DNA of 63,541 bases, the filler included, from Chiloscyllium plagiosum (lineage: Eukaryota), in assembly GCF_004010195.1 (NCBI RefSeq). It is 5 parts of one record of this genome, joined end to end, with 100 filler letters (N's around TTAATTAATTAA, not from the genome) between each part and the next. Parts side by side here need not be neighbours in the genome. Positions count along the whole stretch, not along the records: positions 38,617 to 55,324 come from NC_057711.1; positions 55,425 to 60,780 come from NC_057711.1; positions 60,881 to 63,541 come from NC_057711.1; 2 more parts are not named here. The stretch is one strand, 5' to 3'. The notes under the pieces were generated by a model. That model made no database searches. It was not told the DNA's origin and worked only from the letters and a program-made list of their open reading frames with translations. Positions 52,090 through 63,161 of this stretch are shown here, piece after piece. Both the position numbers and the translations under genes were made by a program. Numbering within the stretch: position 1 is the stretch's first letter; each line of letters starts with the position of its first letter.

Positions 52090-52600
52090 GAAAAGCAAAG
52101 AGGTCTTCTGCTCACTAGCAAGGCAGGTTTCCCAACATATTTGTTCTTCACCTGTATGGGTGAAATGCTATATTTAAGGGACAGTAATTTGAAATATTTT
52201 GGTGGCTCCACCATTTGGCACTGTATTTAAAAGGCATTTGAGCCGCGCTTCACTATGTAACACAGGAGCATCATTTAAATTTTAATCATCAGCCCCACCC
52301 AGCCTTGGAGATGTCAGAAACCGGTCATATGAGCAGCACTGCTTTGCTGGAGGTTCTCGTGAAAGCTGTCCCTGTGAATAGGAAAGATTTTTCCTTAAGG
52401 GTGGCATTAAGAGGTTATTCTGATTGTCAAAGGCAGCCTAAACACAGATGGTTGTGGAGGTCACCCATCATGGTCAGCTCAAGAATGTGGCTCCAGTGCA
52501 CGATCTGTCCTCAAGGCTGTCTTGGGGCAAGGTCGCAACCACAAAATGGCCTTTTGAGTCAAGTCTCTGCTTGCTTGCCCTAGTCAGAATTGTTGGCATG
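52090..52600 (+). mobile_element. Harbinger Myb/SANT-domain ORF relic
   Basis: ALLEVLVKAV...W...VSSR.WLQC resembles the Myb/SANT protein of PIF/Harbinger elements. Confidence 0.45.
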
Positions 52601-52726
52601 GGCTAATGTAGTTGTCTCACCTGGATCAGTATGGTGACCTGGTCAGAATTCATCTCTAATCTTAAGTATTTCTAGCAACAAGCTGTACTGCATATGACTG
52701 AGATTTCAGCCCTAACTGGAAGAGTA

Positions 52727-52943
52727 CAGGAGGTCCCCAGTTCTGAACATCCAACTTGTAAACACGCTCAGTTACAATCACAGATGGGATCATATTTGTA
52801 AGTATCAAGGCCCAACGTATGAAAATTTCCTGCAGTTACAAATGGCTGCTTTCCATTGTCCTTTATTGTGTTCTGACTTGCACACAAATTAATTTGTGAG
52901 CAGACTGTAGAATGAAGAGTGCTTGCAACCCAGGGACTGCCTA
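52727..52943. mobile_element. Tigger-type MITE
   Basis: TA + CAGGAGGTCCCCAG at the left end and AACCCAGGGACTGCCT at the right end. Confidence 0.65.
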
Positions 52944-54492
52944 TGAGCATTTGCATAAAGAAATGGCTTGTATTTGAAGGACCCATGTAACTGAAGAGGC
53001 TTATACTTTCAAAAGCTTGGAGAAGTACAGAGTCATGTTTGTGCCCATATGTTTTGCAGTCAATGATTCGCCTTACTTTGTGATTTACAAAGTGACTACT
53101 AGAATGTTAGAAAAAGAACAAGGAAAAGTCAATTTAGAATTTACTCAAGGTAACCAGAGAGCGAGTGCACTGAAGTATCCACCATTGATTTGTGGGTTGG
53201 CTAGATTGCTTGTGAAGAGAGAATAAGGAAACTGAATCTATGTTCTCGAGAGTTTCAAAGGATGAGAGATGATCTCATTGAAGCAGACAAAATTCTTAGT
53301 GGACTTGACAGTGTAAGTGCAGGATGGACTGTTTCCCCTGCTTGTTGGCTGAGAACCAAGGGATGCACTCGGGATAAGAGTTGGGAATATGATAGGAATT
53401 TCTTTACCCAGAGGGTGATGACTCTGTGGTGGTGTTTACCCTACGTGGCTGTATAGGTTGTCATTGATTTCAATAGGAAAATTAATGGATTTGTAAGTGC
53501 AAGATATTAAGTGATATAGGCTTTGATAAAGAATATTGGCCTTGTTTTAGTTGAATTGTGGAACTGGCTTGAAAGGCTGAATCATTGTCCTGTTTTTTTT
53601 TTATGCCATGTTCCTAAAACATGGCAAGTAAATGCATTGGAAATTGTACCACTAATTTAATATCCTGTCAAAAAGCAAATGTTCACTTTGGATGGTTCTC
53701 TTTCCGTAAAGAAGCATCACTATTCTTTAGGAAGATCTAATTTCCCCAGAGGTTATAAGCGTTACTTCCTACTTGCAGTTAATACAGGCAAATGTGCACA
53801 CTTTCCAATCTTGCAGAAAGCCACCACAACTTGTGTGTTACATGTCAAACCTGACAGTTAGATGCAGATAAAAAGGTCACATAATAACACTTCACTGACT
53901 GCACCCAGCTATTTTTTTTTCTGAAGCCATTGCTTTTCTGTTTATGGTTGATTGTTTCCTTTACCGGAATAACTCAGAAAAACCAACAGCTTTTAGTCTT
54001 TGTCTACTAAAAGGATGTCGATACTTACCCTCTGTTAAATACCGTTCAGAATTTAAATGGAATGTTAAGAGAAATGGAGAGCGATGCTGTTTCCAGGCTG
54101 AAAGATATGACCCAACCCCCTTCTATCATTCATGTATCCCAAGGAATTTAGACTGGTTACTAATGTTATGCATAGCTAACCTTTTTTTGCCATTATTTCA
54201 CAACCAAGATTATTGTTTTTAAAAATCCCAGCCACTAATTCCTGCATGATCCATTCTCGATCTTGTGTGGAAAGAAATGTTCCTCTCTTCAGGCCTAATG
54301 TCTCCATGGAAAGGAACTTCACTTGCCGGGGCAAATTAGCAGCTAATTCCAGTCTATGTCCTTTATTTAGAATTCTTTTTTAAGAATGGTTTTGTGTTCA
54401 CTTGATGCAGTTACAAATTAATATTCCATATTGAGTACCATTTATAACAATATACATCTGTGTAAGTTTTGGTCTGTGTTGCATTTACACAG

Positions 54493-54571
54493 AATAAACT
54501 GGGAGACACCATTGTGCATGCTGCTGCATGGAAAGGATATGAAGATATTCTAGAGCTGTTGCTCATGAAAG
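54493..54571 (+). CDS. OSTF1: OSTF1-like ankyrin exon: [26 protein letters not shown](G)
   Basis: ACAG acceptor, GTAACT donor; 79 bp, phase 0-1; matches recalled [27 protein letters not shown]. Confidence 0.93.
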
Positions 54572-54650
54572 GTAACTTTTTAAAGTTAACCTTATGTTGT
54601 GTTTTAATTGTATTAATTTTAAATTTACATTGTCTTTATATTTAAAGAAA

Positions 54651-55324
54651 TTTGTGTTGCAAACGTTTCGTCCCCTATCTAGGTGACATCCTCAGTGCTT
54701 GGGAGCCTCCTGTGAAGCGCTTCTGTGATCTTTCCTCCGGCATTTGTAGTGGTTTGAATCTGCTGCTTCCGGTTGTCAGTTCCAGCTGTCCGTTGCAGTG
54801 GTCGGTATATTGGGTCCAGGTCGATGCACTTAGTGATTGAATCTATGAATGAGTGCCATGCCTCTAGGAATTCCCTGTCTGTTCTCTGTTTGGCTTGTCC
54901 TATAATAGTGTTGTCCCAGTCGAATTCATGTTGCTCGTCATCCGCGTGTGTGGCTACTAAGGATAGCTAGTCGTGTCGTTTCGTGGCTAGTTGGTGTTCA
55001 TGGATGCGGATCATTAGCTGTCTTCCTGTTTGTCCTATGTAGTGTTTTGTGCAGTCCTTGCATGGGATTTTGTACACTACATTGGTTTTGCTCATGCTGT
55101 GTATCAGGTCCTTCGTTCTGGTGAGTTGTTGTCTGAGAGTGGCTGTTAGTTTGTGTTCTGTTGAGTCCTAGTGGTCGCAGTAGTCTGGCTGTCAGTTCAG
55201 AAATGCTCTTGATGTATGGTAGTGTGGCTAGTCCTTTGGGTTGCGGCATGTCCTCGTTCTGTTGTCTTTCCCTTGGGCATCTGTTGATGAAATTGCGCGG
55301 GTATCCGTTTTTGGTGAATACATT
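54651..55324 (-). mobile_element. Penelope-like (Poseidon-type) element, GIY-YIG endonuclease region and terminus, 80 bp downstream of an exon
   Basis: LPYIKSISELTARLLRPLG...VVYKIPCKDCTKHYIGQTGR...HEHQLATKRHD, with frameshifts. Confidence 0.92.
54658..54698 (-). ncRNA. Minimal hammerhead ribozyme motif
   Basis: GCA-CUGAGGA-U-GUCACC/UAGAUA/GGGGAC-GAAA-CGUU-UGC: intact core, palindromic stem III, stem I GCA/UGC. Confidence 0.72.
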
Positions 55325-55424
55325 NNNNNNNNNNNNNNNNNNNNNNNNNNNNNNNNNNNNNNNNNNNNTTAATTAATTAANNNNNNNNNNNNNNNNNNNN
55401 NNNNNNNNNNNNNNNNNNNNNNNN
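55325..55424. other. Assembly gap with linker
   Basis: N44-TTAATTAATTAA-N44. Confidence 0.97.
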
Positions 55425-55682
55425 CAGCACCACCTTCCTAACCTGCAATCTTCTTCCTGACCTCTCCGCCCCCACCCCGACCTATCACCTTCACCTTAAC
55501 CTCCTTCCATCTATCGCATTTCCAACACCCCTTCCCCAAGTCCCTCCTCCCTACCTTTTATCTTAGCCTGCTGGACACACTTTCCTCATTCCTGAAGAAG
55601 GACTTATGCCCGAAACGTCGATTCTCCTGTTCCTTGGATGCGGCCTGACCTGCTGCGTTTTTCCAGCAACACATTTTCAGCT
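55425..55682 (+). mobile_element. PLE (Neptune-type) 3' end with a hammerhead motif at 55588-55624
   Basis: Pyrimidine-rich tract, then CUGAAGA-AGGAC/UUAU/GCCC-GAAA-CGUC. Confidence 0.8.
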
Positions 55683-56507
55683 ACACCTACAACAACCAAT
55701 AATGCCTGCCACCCCCAAAGTGTAGCATAAATGTCCACTTTGCACTTTATTTCAGCTCTGATGAAGTCATCCAGACTCAAAACATTAGCTTGATCTATCT
55801 CCATGGATGTTCTATGACCGGCTATGATCTCCAGCATATGTTTTCAGTACAGATTCCAGCAGCTGCAGTAATTTGTTCCTATATATTTAATCTTGTGACT
55901 GTACTGCATAAAAGATTGGTGGCACTAGAGATTGGAACTCATATACATTCTCATCTCTTCAAGCTTGCTTTGAATCACTGGGTGTAGTTGTTTTTTGCCT
56001 CTCTCAGGAGGTTACATTCATTGCTGGGGAGAAATAAATAACACCATGTAATTACTGATTAGGTAGACTTGACAGACCAGTTTTTTTAGCTTTTGGATGT
56101 TTGCATGCTACTCATTCAACATTATTCTATTAACCATTCATTTTCCACTGGTTATGTTGAGCATCCTTTTGCTTAGTTCTTCTCTTAATTTATTTTCATT
56201 CTTTTAAAGTGATGCATCTTGATTACAATCTGTACATATTCGATAATAGTAAATCTGGTTGTATTATGATCAATGTCTGTGAGGGATGTTGGTTCTGCAA
56301 CTACTGTATGTTGTTAGGGTCCATGTCACAATGAGCATGGTCTCTAGCTGCCTTCTTGATACGCTGGATTATGAAACGGCCATCTCTGAATCCGAACTCA
56401 CTTGAGTGAGTATTCAAAGTTCAAATCCAAGTTATCAAATCTCGAAACAAAATAGGACAATTTCATCTGTTACCTTTTAAACTTTCCTCAGACAGTAAGA
56501 AATTAAT

Positions 56508-56830
56508 GGCCAGGTGGTATTATCACTGGACTGCTAACCCAGAGACGAAGGTCATGTTCTGGGGAACTGGGTTCAAATTCCACCACTGCAGATGGTGGAA
56601 TTAGAATTCAATAAACAACTGGAATTAAGTGTCTAATGGTGACCACAAATCAATTGCTAAAAAAAACCTATCTGGTTCACCAATGTCTTTTACGAAGGAA
56701 ACTGCCATCCTTACCTGTTCTGGCCTACATGTCACTCCACACCAACAGCAATGTGGTTCACACTTGACTGACCCCTCAGTAGTTCGGAACAGGCAGCAGC
56801 GGCCCCATCCCATGAATGAATAAAACAAAA
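56508..56830 (+). mobile_element. tRNA-headed SINE with an L2/CR1-like tail
   Basis: GTGGTATTATCACTGGACT...GGGTTCAAATTCC head; CATCCCATGAATGAATAAAA end. Confidence 0.75.
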
Positions 56831-57311
56831 GGGAAGTGGTCAGATGTTAGCAAAGGTTTGTACCATTCCCTGATGAGTTAGCTACGTATTTATCATGTGC
56901 GATGCATGGAGTATGACAGATAAACAGAAACTTGCATAAATAAGTGCTCTTAACATGGTAAAACATTTCAAGGAACTTCCCAGGACTATTAAGAGAATAA
57001 ATCTGTTACTGAGTCACATAAGCCACTTAAGCATTCTCTGTTTTTATTTCAGATTTTCCATCATCCACAGTATTTCATTTTGTAAAGGATTACATGTGTC
57101 AATTTAAATCCAAAGTGCACCTATAATAGGTCAGCCAGGTCAATGAAACACAAACCTGCTAGTCTAATCTTCACGCCTGGGTATGTATAAAATACTTCAT
57201 GTTTCACTGAAATGCAACTAGTCCATTTCATATCCAGAATGAGTGTAAAGTGACTTCTAGTATTGAAAAATCCATCCATTGTTGGTCACCCATTGACCTA
57301 AAGTGGCAGAA

Positions 57312-57479
57312 GCGAAAATGTGTTGCTGGAAAAGCGCAGGTCAGGCAGCAGGAATCCTGAAGAAGGGCTCATGCCCGAAATGTCGATTCTCCTTCTCCTT
57401 GGATGCTGCCTGACCTGCTGCGCTTTTCCAGCAACATGTTTTCAGTTTTGATCTCCAGCATCTGCAGTCCTCACTTTCT
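57312..57479 (+). mobile_element. 168-bp fold-back PLE mini element with a hammerhead (57352-57389) and a 15-bp target-site duplication
   Basis: CCTAAAGTGGCAGAA at 57297-57311 and 57480-57494; inverted 5' arm; GAAUC-CUGAAGA-AGGGC/UCAU/GCCC-GAAA-UGUC-GAUUC. Confidence 0.88.
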
Positions 57480-57699
57480 CCTAAAGTGGCAGAAAACAAT
57501 TTTGAGTGAGTCTCAGCAAACCCGCAGCAGTTCCCCCACTTAATCCTGAGTTAATGTTAAGGACTTAAAAGGACCTGAATTTATAAAAACTCCTAAGGTT
57601 GTTCTGCTTTAAGCAAGTGCTGCATTTCTCTAGAGAATGTTAAAGCAGAAATGCATGAAAAAATAGTCATATATATTATATTCACCAAAACTCTTTAGA

Positions 57700-58930
57700 C
57701 TGCATCTTCTAAACCCATAACTACATCCATTTAGAAGGAAAAGAGGAGCGGATACTGTACATGGGAAGGCTGCTACCTGCATGTTCCCCACCAATCCACT
57801 CACCATACAAACTTCGAAATATATTACTGTTTTTTCATGTCATTGCATCAAAATCCTGGAATTCTCTCCCTTACAACATTGTTTCTCTAACCCAGCACAT
57901 CAATTGCAATAATTCAAGGAGGCAGCTCACTACCACTTTTTCAAGGAAAACTAGAGACTAGGATTAAATGCAGCCAGTGACACTAACATTCCAAAAGTGA
58001 ATGGCAACCTGCACATTTTTAAATGACACCATTTTCTGGTTTCTGCTGTCAGACTAAAATCAAATGTTTTGTCCCTTTCAGACCATCTTGGCCATTTTTT
58101 AAAAATCTCATTCATTTGATGTTACTAGTTAGACCTACATTTATTGTCCATTCCTAATTGATGGGAATGTTGTGCTACTTTCTTGATGTTGTGCTACTTT
58201 CTTGAACTACTGCAGTCCATTTGGTACAGATACTGCTTGGTGTTGCTGTCAGGAAATTCAGTGACAGTGAACAAATGATTTATTTCCAAGCCAAGCTAAT
58301 GAATGGCTTGGCGAGCAAACCGGTAGGAGATGTTCGCATGGATCTATTGCCCCTATTCTTCTAGATGGTAATAGTTGCAAGTTTGTAAGGCACTTTTGAA
58401 AAAGCTTTAGTGTGTGCCTTTTAGATGGTACACATTGCTATCACCGTGTATCAATAATGAGGGACTGCATGGAAGCCAGTCAAGTGGCTTGCTTTCCCCT
58501 GAATAGTGTCAAATTCTTTGAGTGTTGTTAGAAATGCAATTATCCTGGCAGATGGGCAGTATACGTCACACTCCTAACATGTGCCTTGAAGATGGAGGAC
58601 AGTGAGGAGGTGAGTTACTCATTGCAAGGTTCCTGGCTCCAGACCTGTCCTTGTATCCACAGTATTTTTATGGCTAGTCCATTTCTGTTTGGTTTCTATA
58701 TAGAAGTTTCTTCCACTATCTTATCTTTTTCTTCCCTATTTTCAGACCCAGGATGTAAATGTTTTGATGTGGTATAAAAGGAGGCCACCAAGAACAGTAC
58801 TGTGAGGAACCCTATCCCCACAGACTGCAGCAGTTTAAGAAGCCAGCTCACTAACACCAACTCAAGAGTAATTAAATAAGCAATAAATACTAGCGTAATT
58901 AGCAATGCCAACATCCCATGGATGAAAAAA
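57700..58930. mobile_element. Degraded L2/CR1-clade LINE pieces on both strands
   Basis: Similar to the 3' part of 20650-22010 (GGCAGCTCAC.ACCAC motif and tail). Confidence 0.55.
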
Positions 58931-60214
58931 TTATAAACTAGCAATGTTATAAACATAACACTTCTGAACAGGTTGATTAAAAAGAAAATTAAGGGGAAAG
59001 ACACAAAAGGAAATTAGGTTTGGCTGGGGATGGGGATTAGTTGGTGAGAGATAGAAGGAAGTGGATGATGGTTGAGCTATTCCCATCTATAGAGAAGGTT
59101 TAAACGTCTGGCAACGAAAGATAGCAAGTTCTGACAAAACAAAGTTGTGATGCTGCCTTCCTGATACTTGTAAGTAGTTCGCTCTTCAGACATATCCAAT
59201 AACACGGCACTGTCTGCCACAGTCTATCTGGATTGTTACAGATCGAATGAGTCTTCTTACAGTGCAGGGATACATGACTCATTCCCATGGAACTCCTCTT
59301 GATCCTCCCTTAGGGTTATAAGAATTTCTAAAGAACAGCTAATGGGATTACTTTTAGACAATGATCCACTTTTAAGATCAGTAATGTCGAATATAGAGAA
59401 TCAGCTTCAGAACTTGGATTAAAGCTTAAATTTGGATTAAGGCTTAAATTTGGATTCAGATTAAGCACTGAAAAGTCAATGACAAGTCCAAAAATTGCAT
59501 TATGTATTTATTGTATCAATAGAAATCACTGCAAGAAGCAGGATTGCAAATGAGCTTTTTGATATAGAAGTACCATATTGATGAAGAATATTGGAAGGGA
59601 CCATTTCCATTACCTTAATGAGATTTGCACTTGGAGCAGCAATTGCCTCCTGATATCAGTGCTACCAACCAGCACCATCAAAAATAGCTTATTTGATTAT
59701 TTACCTAAGAGCTACTTATTTCTTGAAGTTTGGGTCTTACATGTCCTACATGGCAACCCTGCTTACAGTGAAAGATATTTTATTGACTAGGAAGCACTTT
59801 GGACATCCTGAGGTAAAACAAGACAAATAAGTACACATCCTAGAAATGGGCACATAGAAAACTGCTTGCTATATGCTTGGAATATTTAAGTTAAGCATTA
59901 TTACATTTCATCAAGACGTCAAATTCTCTGACATTCTCACCAATTTCAGATTCACAAATTAGTGAGGCCAGATTAATACTTCAAGCTGAGATCACTAGTT
60001 TATAACTTTTTTCATTCCTGGGATGTTGTCATTGCTAATTAATTAACATTTGTCACTCATTTAATTGCTCTTGAGAAGCTGGTGATGAGCTGCCTTCTTA
60101 AACTGCTGCAGACTGTGGGGGACGGAGATACTCTCAGTGCCATTAAGAAGGGAGTTCTAGGATTTTGATGCAGCGTTACTGAAAAGCAACTGCAATATAC
60201 TTCCAAGCCAAGAT

Positions 60215-60780
60215 GACATGTGAGAAGAGGGGGAGTGGCATTTTTGATAAGGGATAGCATTACAGCTGTGTTGAGGGAGGATATTCCCAAAAATACATCC
60301 AGTGAAGTTATTTGGGTGGAACTGAGAAACAAGAAAGGGATGATTGTATTATAGACCCCCTAATAGTCAGAGGGAAATTGAGAAACAAACTTGTAAGGAG
60401 ATCTCAGCTGTCTGTAAGAATGATAGGTTGGTTATGGTAGGGGATTTTAACTTTCCAAACATAGACTGGGACTGCCATAGTGTTAAAGGTTTAGATGGAG
60501 AGGAATTTGTGCGTACAAGACAATTTTCTGATTCAGTATGTGGATGTGCCTACTAGAGAAGGTGCAAAACTTGACCTACTCTTGGGGAATAAGGCAGAGC
60601 AGGTGACTGAATTGTCAGTGGGGGAGCACTTTGGGGCCAGCGACCATAATTCTATTCGTTTTAAAATCGTGATGGAAAAGGATAGACCAGATCTAAAAGT
60701 TGAAGTTCTAAATTGGAGAAAGGCCAATTTTGACAGTATTAGGCAAGAACTTTCGAAAGCTGATTGGAGGCAGATGTTCG
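60215..60780 (+). mobile_element. CR1 ORF2 endonuclease fragment
   Basis: YYRPPNS...GDFNFPNIDW...PTREGAKLDLLL...SDHN. Confidence 0.92.
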
Positions 60781-60880
60781 NNNNNNNNNNNNNNNNNNNN
60801 NNNNNNNNNNNNNNNNNNNNNNNNTTAATTAATTAANNNNNNNNNNNNNNNNNNNNNNNNNNNNNNNNNNNNNNNNNNNN
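60781..60880. other. Assembly gap with linker
   Basis: N44-TTAATTAATTAA-N44. Confidence 0.97.
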
Positions 60881-61180
60881 CGATCCGACTTACCTGCCTA
60901 TCTTCTTTTCCACCTTCCACTCCACCCTCCCCTGCCTGACATATCACCTTCATCCCCTTCCCCCACTCACCTATTGTACTCTATGCTACTTTCTCCCCTC
61001 CCCCACCCTCCTCTCATTTATCTTTCCACCCTTCAGGCACTCTGCCGTATTCCTGATGAAGGGCTTTTGCCCGGAACGTTGATTTTACTGCTCCTCGGAT
61101 GCTGCCTGAACTGCTGTGCTTTTCCAGCACCACTCTAATCTAAACTCTGGTTTCCAGCATCTGCAGTCATTGTTTTTACC
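60881..61180 (+). mobile_element. PLE (Neptune-type) 3' end with a mutated hammerhead at 61049-61084
   Basis: CUGAUGA-AGGGC/UUUU/GCCC-GGAA-CGUU (GAAA changed to GGAA). Confidence 0.8.
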
Positions 61181-61184
61181 CTGA

Positions 61185-62579
61185 ACCCCACCAGGGCCAT
61201 CCAGGGATTTCCAGAACGAAGATATTGGAGAGAGGTTATGTCTGGTGGCTAGGATTGGATGCAGAAATAACTGCATTGGTGGGGCAGTGGCCAAAGTGCC
61301 AACAAGGACAAAAGTTATCACCAGCAGCTCTCCTCCAATTGGTGGGAATGACTGGATAGACCCGGGACTCAGTTGCATGACGACTATGCAGGTCCTTTCA
61401 TGGGCTCAACAATCTTAATCACTGTGGATGTCCAGTCAAAGTAGCAGGACATGCTTAGAGTTCATTCATCAAATAAAGGGACAACGATAGAAAAGCTGTA
61501 AGCATATTTTGTAATACATGTGCTCCGTGAAGTGTTGGTCACAGATAACCAGCCATCATTTACCAGCAGGGAATTCAGGTATTTCCTAAAGTGAAATGGC
61601 TTTGGTATATAAGGACAGCTCCATACCTTCCATCATCCGGTAGTCTGGCAGAAAAAGCAGTCCAAACTTTGAAGGCAGCCTTAAAGAAATAGCCCAAAGC
61701 TTCACTCAATACCAAACAGTCCTAGTTTCTATTTAATTATCAAACCACCCTTCATGCAACTACAGTGATAGCGCCAGCAGAGTAGCTAATGGAGAGACGA
61801 CTCTGCAACAGGTTAATTCTGATCTTCCAATATCTCCGGGCAGAGGACGGGGTGAAACAGCATTAGGAAAGCAAATGCAAAACACAAAATCCTCTAAGCC
61901 GGAGAGACAGTTTACTTCAGGGGATGAAGTTTAGTACCGAACCACAAAATGGCTCTGTATGGTCAACACAAAGTCTTGTCCTGTGATGTACAATATTCGA
62001 GTAGGTAAGGCAATCCTAAACAAGCATGTGAACAACATGGAAGCTGCAAATTCAAAAACGGGGCAGGAGCAAAACATACCCAGCCCCAGAAAGGCTGTTG
62101 GAACCCAAGGGTTCTTCCCCTCTGTCTAGTATCAAAGAAATCTCCAAGTCTGAGATGGACACGGCAGATGTTGCAGCTGCAATCCTTTATTGCCTGAAGA
62201 AGAGGATGAATTTCTTCCAAGTTGCTATGGGCACAAGAGGCAGGCTATGGTCTGGTATATGCTGCCCGTATATGACACTGACTTGGAAGAACTGGACCCA
62301 GTGCAAAAATGCCTCAGGATAGGTTACAAGAAAAAGAACAGGCCGATGTCCCCTTAGGTGGGATGTAGTGATCATAACAAGGTCAACCAGATGGACCTCG
62401 TATAATATGAGTTCCCTGATTGGGCTGTTAATCCAGTCCAATCAGGGAGCCCTGGCTGAAAGATATAAATAGAAGTGTCAGAGATTCTGTTCTTTGAGAA
62501 ATTATCAGAGAACCAGTGTCAACTGCTATATATAGGAAATAAAGTGTGACTTGGTGATAGCCTCTGTGGAGTTATTTCA
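61185..62579 (+). mobile_element. Gypsy retrotransposon relic: integrase, polypurine tract and 3' LTR (62364-62579)
   Basis: HPGISRTK...YVWW.GLD, LH.DYAGPF, VTDN..FTS.EF, APY.PSS..LAEKAVQT with stops; purine tract, then TGTAGTGA...TTTCA with TATAAA and AATAAA. Confidence 0.88.
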
Positions 62580-63161
62580 GACCCTCAGTTGACTTAGGGA
62601 CTAGAAATGGCTGTCGCTTTAACTAGAGGATCATAAGTGGGCCTGGAGGCCTTGGAGGGAGGTTGGGGCCATTAGCTGGCATGTCGTCATTTTCAACAAA
62701 GTGCTGGTGCACTATGCCAGTGTTCATTCAAACTGCCTCGGGAACCAACAGTTCCAAATTCTTTAAAAGGTCACCCATCATGATTCCAGACTTCCTGAGC
62801 ACTTCTTCCCGGGTTAAATTTGTGGAGTCAGGAATTTTACAGACTCTACACTCTCAGCTCAGGATAGATAATTCATTCTTCTGCATCAGTTTTCATAAAA
62901 GTGATGAAATACCAGAGGAACAAAGAAACATTCATAGCAAACTCCACTGAAGAATCACTCCAATGTTCACTTTAAAATGTCTGACTCAACTGGTGAGTTC
63001 ACAAGTATTTCCTTTTGATGACTTTCTGCATATTCATCACATCTGAATCTCTCCATCTTTCCTTTGGATGTGCAGACAGGTAATTCACTGACTTTTCCCT
63101 GAATTTGATTGCTTTAAGCTTTTGTACAGCATAGCTGCTGGAATGGATTTTTACTTTGATA

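Noticed and set aside
58696..59004. Hydrophobic 102-aa ORF resembling a membrane protein
   Set aside because: Overlaps a LINE/SINE tail and T-rich sequence; no splice or homology support.
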